A stretch of DNA of 35,421 nt from Octopus sinensis (taxonomy: Eukaryota), in NCBI RefSeq assembly GCF_006345805.1, contig NW_021836879.1, forward strand, positions 1 to 35,421, read 5' to 3'. Below, one piece after another: positions 23,229-35,421 of this stretch. How positions within the stretch are numbered: position 1 is the first letter of the stretch; each line of letters starts with the position of its first letter. Both the position numbers and the translations under genes were made by a program. A model generated the notes under the pieces. The model saw only the letters and a program-made list of their open reading frames with translations. It was not told the origin of the DNA and did no database searches.

Positions 23229-23799
23229 CAGGAGTTCTCAAACTGTGTATGTGTAACTCTTGGGGGTACAGAAGAAAAATTGTTGGGATACGCGAAGTTT
23301 GTAAGGGCACTAGAATTTTGAATTAATCACAACCAAGCAAAAATGCGTGTGTCTTCAAAAAGCATGGAGAACCTTTTGCTGTTGTGAACAAGGGTTTTCA
23401 GCAATGTTTTATAACCAAAACAAATCCTGTGTAAGAATGTGAATTGAGAATGATATGCGCGTGTCCAAAATTGAATATGTGCTTAAAATTAAGTTACTTA
23501 TTAGAAAAAGCCAATCTAATCCAGCTTATTAAAAAATGTGAAATAAAATTGATTTCTTATATAGGAAAAAAAGACCAGAAAACTTTTAGAGTAGGGGAAT
23601 AATAAATTATGAATGAAAAGCAAAGTTAACCATGATGTGATGGGGGTGAATTCTTCAGGTTAAATTAAATTAATACTAAATACCTGCCTATTTCTGTTTT
23701 AACGTATCCACTTATTTTACACTGAATTTTTCACACGAGGTAGACCAACACAGCCGGGCTTGAAGGGGTGCAACGGAAGAAAATGTTTGAGGATCCTTG
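23229..23799 (+). mobile_element. hAT (Buster/Charlie-like) internal-deletion derivative with transposase C-terminus
   Basis: TIRs caggagttctcaaac (23229-23243) and gtttgaggatccttg (23785-23799). 23383-23532 translates to CEQGFSAMFYNQNKSCVRM*IENDMRVSKIEYVLKIKLLIRKSQSNPAY*, matching the hAT dimerisation-domain end CExGFS…R..L.E.DMRV. No 8-bp TSD is visible. Confidence 0.82.
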
Positions 23800-24047
23800 C
23801 TGTATATGCAAAATTCTAACTACTATCAACATCAGAAAAGTTTTCCACTCTATCATTCATCTATGCACTAACGCACAAATTACAAACATTACGTTCTGTA
23901 AAGCTTGAGACCAATCACAATTATCACTCCTGTTTGGCCTCCCACAAAAATCCCAATAAATCAAGTTACAAAGAAGAGCGGATTATACATCACAGGTTGT
24001 ACAAAGGCCACGCATGCAGATCACTTATGCAACGAAAAATAGCTGAT

Positions 24048-24650
24048 ACTCCGTCGGTTACGACGACGCGGGTTCCAGTTGATGCGATCAACGATACAGT
24101 CTGCGCGTGAAATTAACATGCCAGTGGCTGAGCACTCCACAGACATGCGTACCCTTAACGTAGTTGTCAGGGAGATTCAGTACGACACACAGAAGTGTGA
24201 CAAGGTTGACCCTTTGAATTACAGGTACAACTCATTTTTGCCAGTTGAGTGAACTAGAGCAACATGAAATAAAGTGTTTTGCTTAGTGGCGGACTGGGTC
24301 TCAAAATATTGGTTGCTAGGAAACTAAGGGGGCCCACCTGCAACAAATAAGCTATCATTTAATTTTTTTTGGTTAAAAGTATTCTTTTCAACTGTCTGCA
24401 AACACAGCCAGGCTGAAATAATTATTGCATTCTTCCAGGAGTGAATAAAAATTTCTCAAACTTGAGGAGATGGGCCACTTAGATACTAACATGGGCTCCC
24501 CTGTATGGATTCTAATGGCGCAAGGGCCCACTTGCCATCAGGCAAGCTGGCAACCTGGCCATTCCGCCGAAGGTCACAACATGCTACCGAGAATACGAAC
24601 TCACAACCTTACGATCGAGAGTCGAATACCCTAACGACTAAGCCACGCGC
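24048..24650 (-). mobile_element. SINE family C split by a MITE
   Basis: 24048-24283 and 24570-24650 rejoin as …gtgttttgct|aaggtcacaac…, colinear with the reverse complement of 12421-12735. Confidence 0.9.
24284..24569. mobile_element. TIR-bounded MITE (hAT-like ends) nested in the SINE
   Basis: Left end tagtggcggactggg, right end ggccattccgcc (24557-24568), an imperfect inverted match. It precisely interrupts the SINE. Confidence 0.7.
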
Positions 24651-25480
24651 TTTTGTAACGAAAAAATATCACAACTTAAAAAGAAATGTGAAGAGTACAA
24701 CCTATTTCCACGGCAATCTTCAATTACCCCACCAAACATCCAGCTACACCCACAAGAGCGACATTGAAAACAACTCCAACGCCTTCTAAAATCTCAATCT
24801 TTTTTGCTCATTCTAGTCGGACATAGAACACACATATAAGTAGAAATAGCTGCAACACCAGTAGCCTCTTTAGTTCCAAGGACTACGCTGGGATGCACAC
24901 CATTAAGTATTAAATATAACGTCGCTTTCAGATCGAGTCCAGATCCTTGTTTGTTACTTCTGTGTCCACCCTGAGAATTTGATGATCAAAGATGCAAACG
25001 GATACGGGAGACGGTACACGTCCAAGCTTTAACATTGAACTGCATCAATACTATAATGGAGAAAGCTGGTATGTAGCAGCTACTAAAAGTACTAAAAGAA
25101 AGCAATTTATTAAAGGCTTGACCGTCCAGAAACTTTTTTATAAATTCATGTTCCAAGAAATTTCCTATAATTTCGATTTCTGAACTTTATTGAATTTTTG
25201 AACTTCAATTTTTCACAAATTTAAAAATTTGCTGCATTCACTTCGGGGTATTCCATTTTCATTTGCAAAGTCTCTCACTCTCTATTTTAATGTTTTCATT
25301 TCAAGTTTTAATTCACTGTTTGGAAAACCGGCAGTTTATTCTATTAATATATACGTAATGCAAAAACATTATTTATTGAATGAAAATTTCTTAATATACC
25401 GGAATAATTTCTGTAAAAAAAAAAAAGAAGTGATTTTGTTTTTATGGCTGTTGGGAACGCTATAAGCCTTACAATAACTA

Positions 25481-26740
25481 TCCGGACCGATTCTGGCCAT
25501 TTTCATTTTTAACTTAAAAACCATAGAAGGAACCTTTTCGGTAAAAATTGAAAATATTTTCAGAGGAAAAGGTCACCAATTCAAGGGAGGTTTCGCTGTT
25601 GTTTCTAGCACAACCCAAACCAACCATCGTTTTCACTCTCACATCTATTGATGTTTTTTCAATATTTTTCTTCCATTAAACACATTCTATGGAATGATGA
25701 TGCCGAAGTAACATACGTGTGGTCCATTGGTGGAATATGGGCAACAAAAACAAAAATTGTAATCGAAATGTTTACCTTACCTCAATCAAGCGAAGCCATG
25801 TGTGTGTATGAAAGAACATTTTCTAACAGAAAAGTATGCTATTAAAATGAAGCATCGTTTACGTAACTCTTTTAAAAATCACTGTAGATAAATGCCAGCA
25901 ACGACTTTCTCAGGCTCTCCAATATTTTAAACAGGAGCAATCGGGGGCTGGGAGTAGGGTTGCAAAAAAAAAATCATTCAAATTTTCTTTTTTGTAGCAT
26001 ATAAATGTATTTATGGGGGAAAATACTGAAAAACATCAATATATACGAGACTGATAAAGAAACGAGGACGGTTGTCTTTGGATGTGCTAGAAACAACAGC
26101 CAAATCTCCTTTAAATCACTCACTTTTCCCTCTGAAAATATTAACAATTTTTTTTTTGCCGAAAAGACTCCTCCCATGGTTTTGAAGTGCAAAAAAAAAA
26201 TCTTTCAAATAGTTCCGGAGTGAAATGATGAGAGAGGAGGGAGTTGTAAAAAAAGTTTTCAAAATTTTTTCATACAAAGACCCCTCTCCCCACAACACCA
26301 TCATTTCGAAGGTTGTGGTTTAAAAAATGGGGAAAATCCTCGTCAAAACAGAGTAGTTCTAAGTTATTTGGTCTTCCTGATCAAAAACTAAGTTTTACTG
26401 AAACTCCTCTCCCCACCACCTCGGAAAAAATTTCCCCACAAATTTCTTTATAATCGTAATCTATGCAAGTTGAAAGGGATTTGTATAAGCTTTCATTAAA
26501 AGATACCCATTTTCCTGAAAGTGATGGGGGAAAAAGTCGGATCGTGTGAATTTTGCAAAACTCCTTTCTCCACTCCCTCGGAAAAATTCTTTCCCATAAA
26601 TTCCTATATACATTGAAACAACAATACATAAGCGGTATTTGTAGAAAATTTCGTGAAAAAGTATCCATTTTTCTGGATGTTATGAGGTAACAAAGTCGGG
26701 GGCGTATACATCTATAGTTATGCCTTTTATTTATACGATT
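25481..26740. mobile_element. Old composite non-autonomous element: ~205-215 bp inverted arms plus ~155 bp direct repeats, with a Helitron-like 5' end on the minus strand
   Basis: Arms at 25481-25686 and 26004-26219, including the exact 18-mer gctgttgtttctagcaca/tgtgctagaaacaacagc. Direct repeats aaactcct…cctcggaaaaa at 26401 and 26558. The minus strand starts atcgtataaataaaagg near 26738, like the atctatatatataaaa starts of non-autonomous Helitrons. Confidence 0.5.
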
Positions 26741-27068
26741 TTTTTCATTTCATGTTTATTTCTTTCATTGTTTGCAATGTTCTCTCTTCCCCGCTCTCTC
26801 TCTCACATACACCCACTGCAAAGTTTCCAGATGGGCTGCTGAAATGAATTTTTTATGTTGCTTTGAGTGGAAGGTAAAACTTGACAATCTGCTCCCCCTC
26901 CGTTATTGGACTACCGTGATGTTTGTTTAAAAAAGAGAGATTATGACTGTGACAAAACAATGAAAATATATACTAAGCAAGTGAGCACTATTATACAAAG
27001 AAATAATAAAACGTAAGATGTAAAAATTATTAGAATTGGGAATTAAATGTGAAAATATTATCAAGGGG

Positions 27069-27106
27069 CTAGCAGAAAACCGCCCGGAGGGCGGTCTTTC
27101 TGTTAG
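27069..27106. other. GC-rich hairpin, possible Helitron 3' terminus
   Basis: ctagcagaaaaccgccc-gga-gggcggtctttctgttag. The 17-bp core palindrome lies 10-11 nt from CTAG (minus strand) or TTAG|T (plus strand). Confidence 0.4.
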
Positions 27107-27477
27107 TACAACTACTCATGATACATCAGCGTCTACAATATGGTCCTCAGCTTGGCGAAAGCATGAAGTAATAAATTTGTGGATTGTATCCTACAAGTTA
27201 AACCGACTTCCAACGTGCTTGATGAAAGCTGACCCAGAGCTACATAACATCAACAACACTGTCAGCATCAGCATCAACAACAGCGTCAACAAAAATAAGA
27301 AACTCAGCGTGTCCTTTTACGCAATGTTTATACTCTATTGAGAGTCGGATCCGCTCCTGGTGGTGGTGGTCGGGTCGGATCTTTACTGCCAAATACTTTA
27401 TACAAGATATGAGTTGTTATATGAACAAATTATTATAGAAATTTAGAATTAGGGGAATAAATAAAATAGCGTACACC

Positions 27478-29402
<1,925 letters not shown>

Positions 29403-29624
29403 TGTATATTAGCCGAATAATAAGCTGTTTATACGCAAGCAATTTCCACCATTTTGAGCTTGTTGATATTGCTAATTGCATGCAATCTAAAGACTCCCTC
29501 TCCCTCCTAACACATTCTACACGGGGAAGGCATATGTGACCCTTCTTTAGTAGATCCCCTACCTATACCGCTATATCCTCTTATCCTCTCTTAAATGATC
29601 CCTACCTATTCCTTGTTAACTAGC

Positions 29625-30056
29625 AGATGTTGGTGTTGCTTTTGTTGTTTCGTGGATGTTTTTGCTGTTGCTGTTGATGACGTTGAAGTCTTTTTTTTGT
29701 TGTTGTGGGCGTGGTTTACTTCATGTTGTTCCTTGCAATATTGTTGTTGTTATTGCTGATGTCTTTGGTTTTGATATATTAGCAGTTGTTTCCCTGTTAT
29801 AGTTGTCGAGCTTATCTTGTTATGTTGTTGTTGTTATTCATATGGTCACCATCGTCGTTGTTGTTCTCGATGTTGTTCTCGCCGTTGTCGCCATTGCTGA
29901 TCTTATGCTTTGTTGCTGCTGTTGTTGTTATTTATGTTATAATAATCGTCGTTCTCCTTGTCATTGTTGTTATTGTAGCCAATGTGTATGTTATTGTAGT
30001 AGTTGTTGTCTCAGTTGTTGTTGTCAACATTGTGGATCTCATATTGTTATGTTGTT
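29625..30056. repeat. Degenerate (GTT)n tract
   Basis: Direct reading. Confidence 0.85.
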
Positions 30057-30580
30057 AAGGCGGTGAGCTGGCAGAAACGTTAGCACGCCTGGCGAAATGT
30101 TTAGCGGTATTTCGTCAGCCGCTACGTTCTGTGTTCAAATTCCGCCGAGGTCGACTTTGCCTTTCAACCTTTCGGGGTCGATTAAGTACCAGTTGCGCAT
30201 TGTGGTCGATATAATCGACTTACTCTGTTTGTCTGTCCTTGTTTGCCCTCTCTGTGTGTAGCCCCTTGTCAGCAGTAAAAAAAGTAAGAAACGTTAGCAC
30301 GCAGGCGAAATGCTTAGCGGTATTTCGTCTGCCGTTACGTTCTGAGTTCAAATTCCGCCGAGGTCGACTTTGCTTTTCGTCCTTTCGGGATCGATTATGT
30401 ACCAGTTACGCATTGGGGCCGATATAATCGACTTAATCCGTTTGTCTGTCCTTGTTTGTCCTCTCTGTGAGGTCGACTTTGCCTTTTATTCTTTCAGGGT
30501 TAATAAATTAGGTACCAGTTGCATATTGGGGTCAATCTAATCGACTGGCCCCCTCCTCCAAAATTTAGGACCTTGTGCCA
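30057..30580 (+). mobile_element. Head-to-tail trimer of SINE family A
   Basis: Units at about 30057, 30287 and 30469, with the same internal linker and terminal tail as 12897-13690. Confidence 0.9.
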
Positions 30581-30679
30581 CCAAATCAGCTACTATTTTT
30601 TGATCGATCCCGCAACGTAGAAGTGTAAAGATAATCTCGGCAAGATTTGAACTCAAAGCACAGAACGTCGAATCAAATG

Positions 30680-31207
30680 CCGCGTCATCATCGTCGTCAT
30701 CGTCATCATTATCGTCATCATCATCATCGTTATCATAGTCATCGTCATCATCGTCATCATCGTCATCATCATCATCATCATCGTCGTCATCATCATCATC
30801 GTCGTCATCGTCATAGCCATCGTTATCATCGTCATCGTTACCATCATCGTCGTTATCATCATCGTTGTCATCATTACCGCCACCATCATCATGTCATCAT
30901 CGGCATCATCATCACCACCACCACCCGCCATCACCTCCTCCATCACGACGACGACGACGACCACCACACCACCACCGCCGCAGCCATAATTTCGCTACAT
31001 ACTGCCACCATCGAATGAGTGTGTTCGAAACACCACCACTTGCTCACCATCGCCACCATGTGCCCAAGATGCCATTCTTTCTGTCAACAGTTGTTGTCAT
31101 GGAGATTCACAAACAGAACTTGATCCCGACGACATTGCACAAAAATGCAACCGATGCACGACTGGCGCTTAAAAGTTTGTTTTTGTCACATGATACCGAC
31201 CACTATG

Positions 31208-31268
<61 letters not shown>

Positions 31269-31293
31269 CAATAATAATTATTATCATTATTAA

Positions 31294-31336
<43 letters not shown>

Positions 31337-31350
31337 GGTGGTGGTGGTGA
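30680..31350. repeat. (CAT/CGT)n, (CCA)n, (AAT)n, (AGT)n and (GGT)n tracts
   Basis: Direct reading; source of the poly-H/R ORF. Confidence 0.92.
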
Positions 31351-31554
31351 TGGTGGTGCTGGTAGTACACAGTGTAAGCAATGCAGTCGTGTGGAAAAGC
31401 AGGCAACATGAAGGGCGACAAATGAATGCTGACAATTAAACGGTATTTTAGCGCGCTCGGTTCTTGCTTTAGAAAATGCTGGCGCGACACGCCGCTTCTG
31501 CTTCCGCATCACTACATCGGACACTGAGTGAGTAGAATGCGACGTGCATTTGTA

Positions 31555-31599
31555 TGCGCATATATATTATGTATATGCAAACATAACAACAACCATACG

Positions 31600-31677
<78 letters not shown>

Positions 31678-31729
31678 TACATATATATACTACATGCGTA
31701 TATATGTATATATATGTTTGTGGTATTTG

Positions 31730-31773
<44 letters not shown>

Positions 31774-31978
31774 TTCCGTATATGCGTAATACATCATTTA
31801 TATGAGTACATATATCATGTATATATATATATACATATATTTTATATGCATATATATATATATATATGTGTGTGTATATATATACATACAAATATATAAA
31901 TCTATATATATATTTATAGATAGATGTATATATATATATACATATATATATATACATATATAACATATACATACATAC

Positions 31979-32013
<35 letters not shown>

Positions 32014-32015
32014 GC

Positions 32016-32048
<33 letters not shown>

Positions 32049-32070
32049 TGTATGTATGTATGTATGTATG

Positions 32071-32113
<43 letters not shown>

Positions 32114-32120
32114 ATATATA

Positions 32121-32169
<49 letters not shown>

Positions 32170-32230
32170 ACACACACATATATATGTATCTATCTGTATA
32201 TATTCGTATATGCTTGTGTCTGAATGAGAA
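31555..32230. repeat. (TA)n, (TATG)n and (TATC)n tracts
   Basis: Direct reading. Confidence 0.95.
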
Positions 32231-33456
32231 TGTGGGACCAAGTGCAAAATGGAAATGATTATTCAGAAAGAAAGAGAGTGAGAGAGAAGGAGCAGTCAGG
32301 GAGTGCATGCAAATATAATTCTCAGAGAAACTAAAAACAACCAAAAAAAAAAACGACAGAGGAACCATAGAAGACAAAAGTGGTTGAGGCTGTAAAGGAC
32401 GGATAATGAATGATCGTAGTAATTACACAAATAAACCCCCGTACACACACATATACACATGTAATGCTTACATACATACACTCACAAGCAAACACATACA
32501 CACATACTTATGTCATTACCTTTTCTGAAAAAAAACACGAAAAACATACAAACTATCACCGCACATATTTACATCCAATTTGCCTTATACGCAACCCCCA
32601 ACCGTCCCACACTCTCTTATACATATGTATATATATACACACGTATACAAGTAAGCTTGAATCGTACAGACTGTCCACCCATTCCTTTATCTGTTCACCA
32701 ATATCTCCTCTTCTCGTTAACTCCACTGCATTTTATACCCCATACCTGACATACAATAGAACAAAAATGAAAACGAAAATGTAAGTATATAAAATATTAT
32801 GAAATGTTTTCTTCCATTCTTCATTCAGAGAAATGGATCTCAGTGGAATGTCCTCCGTGTCTCATCTAGTTCATCATCCTCAACAAATAATCTCTCCTGC
32901 CTTAGGTCATTAATGAGCTTATACACGTTTTTTATAAATCTGGGTCCCTTGTGATGTCACAAAAACTGGCAGTCTGGGTGCAAATTATCGCTTTGACGGA
33001 ATTTCGATCTGGTATTCGGTGGTAAGCTTCCTGTTGTTTAGGAACTGCAAATTATGCTGAAATCACATTATACAACAGTCCCATTCACCGGTGCTGACAA
33101 AATTTCGCTACCGATATAATCTGTGCTTTCAGACACTCAACGTCTATACTAGATGCACAGCTTACAGTGTTTAAATAACACGCTGAAGTTAAGTTGGATA
33201 TGCTAATTAATATACGTTACAAAGGCTGTTTCCGGCGCCAATAGCTAATATATAGTCATATCCATTTTCCCTGAATTACACAAATACACACATACATATA
33301 CATACAAGTTGGGCAAATTGATATACAAAAAATATCAAATACTTACTTGTCCTTACATTTACTTCTCTGTCTGGTCAAGTTTAAATTTCTCGAGCACAAC
33401 AAAGTGTATTCTATACAAAGAATTCCTGCCTCTAATCTATAAACCATACATACACA

Positions 33457-33551
<95 letters not shown>
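33457..33551. repeat. (ATCT)n microsatellite
   Basis: Direct reading; abuts the 5'-truncated LINE. Confidence 0.97.
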
Positions 33552-33552
<1 letters not shown>

Positions 33553-34260
33553 GAGAAGCGCTACCCGTTCGGGATAAGCTCTACAGACACGGCTCGAGAA
33601 ACACGGGGCCGACCTGCCCGAGATGCGGTCAGAGCGACGAAACCGTTCTGCACGCACTCGTGCAATGTCCAACAATTCCGACCTGTGGGCTTATGTCGAA
33701 CAACATGCTGTCACGTGTGGACGAGTCGTTTATCAGCTGAGTCTATCGTCAATATGTCACGCCTCCTTCTTCAAACGGGAAGGAAGAGCTATTTTCATCA
33801 TCCTTGTGGCTATGGCGAAAGAATGTATCTGGTGGACGCGTCTGAAAGGATTGGAGACAAACACTTTCCTCTCTGGTCAATCTCTCATCAACTTCTTAAA
33901 GTACCACTTGAAAAGGAAAGTGAGAATAGAGAGGCAAGTTTTGTCTAGCGAATGTTTTAAAAAAAGATGGTGAATGTAGCAAGAAATGGCACGTATGATG
34001 ACGAAGCCACCTTGAGCATAATCCTATGAACCCAGAAATTGAAAACAGAGAGTTGCTTATTTGCAAAAAAAAAAAAGAAATATAACATGTGACTTCATTG
34101 ACCGAGGTTACCGTGGTCTTTACCGTAGGCTTTCTTTCCACGGGTACCTCACCTGTTCCTCATTTTGGCGTTTACTGAGTTGTTTTCTTGAGAACACTCT
34201 TTGTGGTAAGGCGATTTACGTCAATCTCTAGCTCTAGGAATCCACTTTAGTGGCCTTTTT
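33552..34260 (+). mobile_element. 5'-truncated Tx1/L1-clade LINE: ORF2 C-terminus (zf-RVT-like CCHC) plus probable 3' UTR
   Basis: REALPVRDKLYRHG…CPRCGQSDETVLHALVQC (33615-33668), then frameshifted ILVAMAKECIWWTR…LKRKVRIERQVLSSECFKKRW. The 3' boundary is approximate. Confidence 0.88.
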
Positions 34261-34297
34261 TTTATATTTATTATAATATATATATATATAATAACTA

Positions 34298-34591
34298 CAG
34301 TGTACATTAAACACATAAGGAATCCATCGTGGGATTCAACAACGCTAGAAAGAACAGCTAGGTTTTTCTAACCACAAAAATTAGGGATAAAATTCGACAG
34401 AAAGAAATGGAAAAAAAAATTTACCCTCAAGTTTCCAATTGGTCCAGGAAACTTGATGGTAAAATGTTTTTATTTTCTCATTTCGTTCCTGTCGAATTTC
34501 ATCCCTAATTTTTGTGGTTATAGAACCTAGTTATTCTTTCTAGCGTGTTGAATCCCACGAGTGTATTCCTTATGTGTTTAAATGTACACGG
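34298..34591. mobile_element. Fully palindromic foldback MITE (139-145 bp arms, 10-nt loop), Tc1/mariner-like ends
   Basis: Left arm 34298-34436 (ta|cagtgtacattaaacacataaggaat…ctcaagtttcc) and right arm 34447-34591 (ggaaacttga…attccttatgtgtttaaatgtacacgg) pair along their whole length. Confidence 0.88.
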
Positions 34592-34683
34592 TGTGTTATG
34601 ACTAATATATAGTCTTTGCACTAAATTTTTACACGTTAGGCCACTGGAAATGAATATTTTAATTTCCATTTCCCTTTGATATG

Positions 34684-34726
<43 letters not shown>

Positions 34727-34879
34727 GCACATATTTTGTTTATATTAAAATAAAATTGCTATTTTGATGTAGGTTTAAGAATAATAATGGTGTATTTACT
34801 GATGGTGTGATTATAATCAGAGAAGAGACAAGTTAATGAATATCAAGTTGAGTGGGATTTCAACTTTTGCCTGAGTTTG

Positions 34880-35045
34880 CTTGACAACCGATGTTGGTGT
34901 GTTTATGCCCATGAAACCCAGCAGCTCGGCTAAACAGACCGATTGAATAAATACTATGCTTACAAAGAATAAGTCCTGGGGGTCGATTTGTTCGACTAAA
35001 GACGGTGCTCCAGCATGGCCGCAGTCAAATGGCTGAAACGTGTAA
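34880..35045 (+). mobile_element. SINE family B, 3' fragment
   Basis: gcttgacaaccgatgttggtgtgttt…gaataagtcctgggggtcgatttgttcgactaaa matches 7291-7420. Confidence 0.85.
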
Positions 35046-35115
35046 GTGATGCAAATGAATTCTCTGAGGCATACCTCTTACAGCCATTCACACCTAAGTG
35101 CCGCGCATCCTCTGC

Positions 35116-35222
35116 ATATTTATTTCCTTCTTGCTCACAAGGGGGCTAAATATAGAGGGAACAAACAAGGACAGACAAAGGGAATTAAGTCGATTACATC
35201 GACCCCAGTGCGTAACTGGTAC
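35116..35222 (-). mobile_element. SINE family A linker-type 3' fragment
   Basis: caagggggctaaatatagagggaacaaacaaggacagacaaag…cgaccccagtgcgtaactggtact is the reverse complement of the internal-unit ends of the multimers. Confidence 0.85.
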
Positions 35223-35421
35223 TTGTTTAAATCCTCTGCAAATTGACGGCATACAGACGTTAGAAAATATATCACTAAACGGTATTTAAAACAGCATTGC
35301 ATCGATGGCAATAACTAGTGATATCCCATTGGAAATGACGTAGGATCATGTGACAAATTTTGAAACCGAGTTTCCTAAGCTGAGTCTAAACTGCTGCATG
35401 CGCGTCCCCTCCCTTTCTCTC

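Noticed and set aside
24650-25080. Short protein-like frames (FCNEKISQLKKKCEEYNLFP; RCKRIRETVH)
   Set aside because: Under 40 codons, not linkable, and no complete CCHC motif.
31430-31524. [16 protein letters not shown] resembling the N-terminal arm of an NK-class homeodomain
   Set aside because: No helix 1-3 residues or WFQN motif follow; the frame runs into microsatellite.
32781-32786. Perfect GTAAGT splice donor
   Set aside because: No plausible upstream exon; expected by chance in 35 kb.

Overview
A 35.4-kb, AT-rich eukaryotic window made almost entirely of repeats. I recognise the SINE families and the di-, tri- and tetranucleotide microsatellite load as typical of an octopus (coleoid cephalopod) genome; this is pattern recognition, not a database result. 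I find no intact protein-coding gene: nearly all ORF-track entries are microsatellite translations. The real coding signal is all from dead transposons: a mariner (1861-2487), an RTE-clade reverse transcriptase (10280-11090), a DD37D/maT-like transposase (15880-16190), a hAT/Buster C-terminus inside a TIR-bounded derivative (23229-23799) and a Tx1/L1 ORF2 C-terminus (33552-34030). About 20 tRNA-derived SINE copies of at least four families are present, plus MITE, foldback and Helentron-like elements. The best find is a minus-strand element (16199-16533) joining a tRNA-like Pol III head, an (AAT)n spacer and a minimal type-I hammerhead ribozyme motif of the kind carried by Penelope-like elements, i.e. 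a candidate ribozyme-bearing SINE. Also notable are a nested tail-to-tail SINE pair with two interlocking target-site duplications, SINE multimers that may move as units, and several long hairpin-forming structures.
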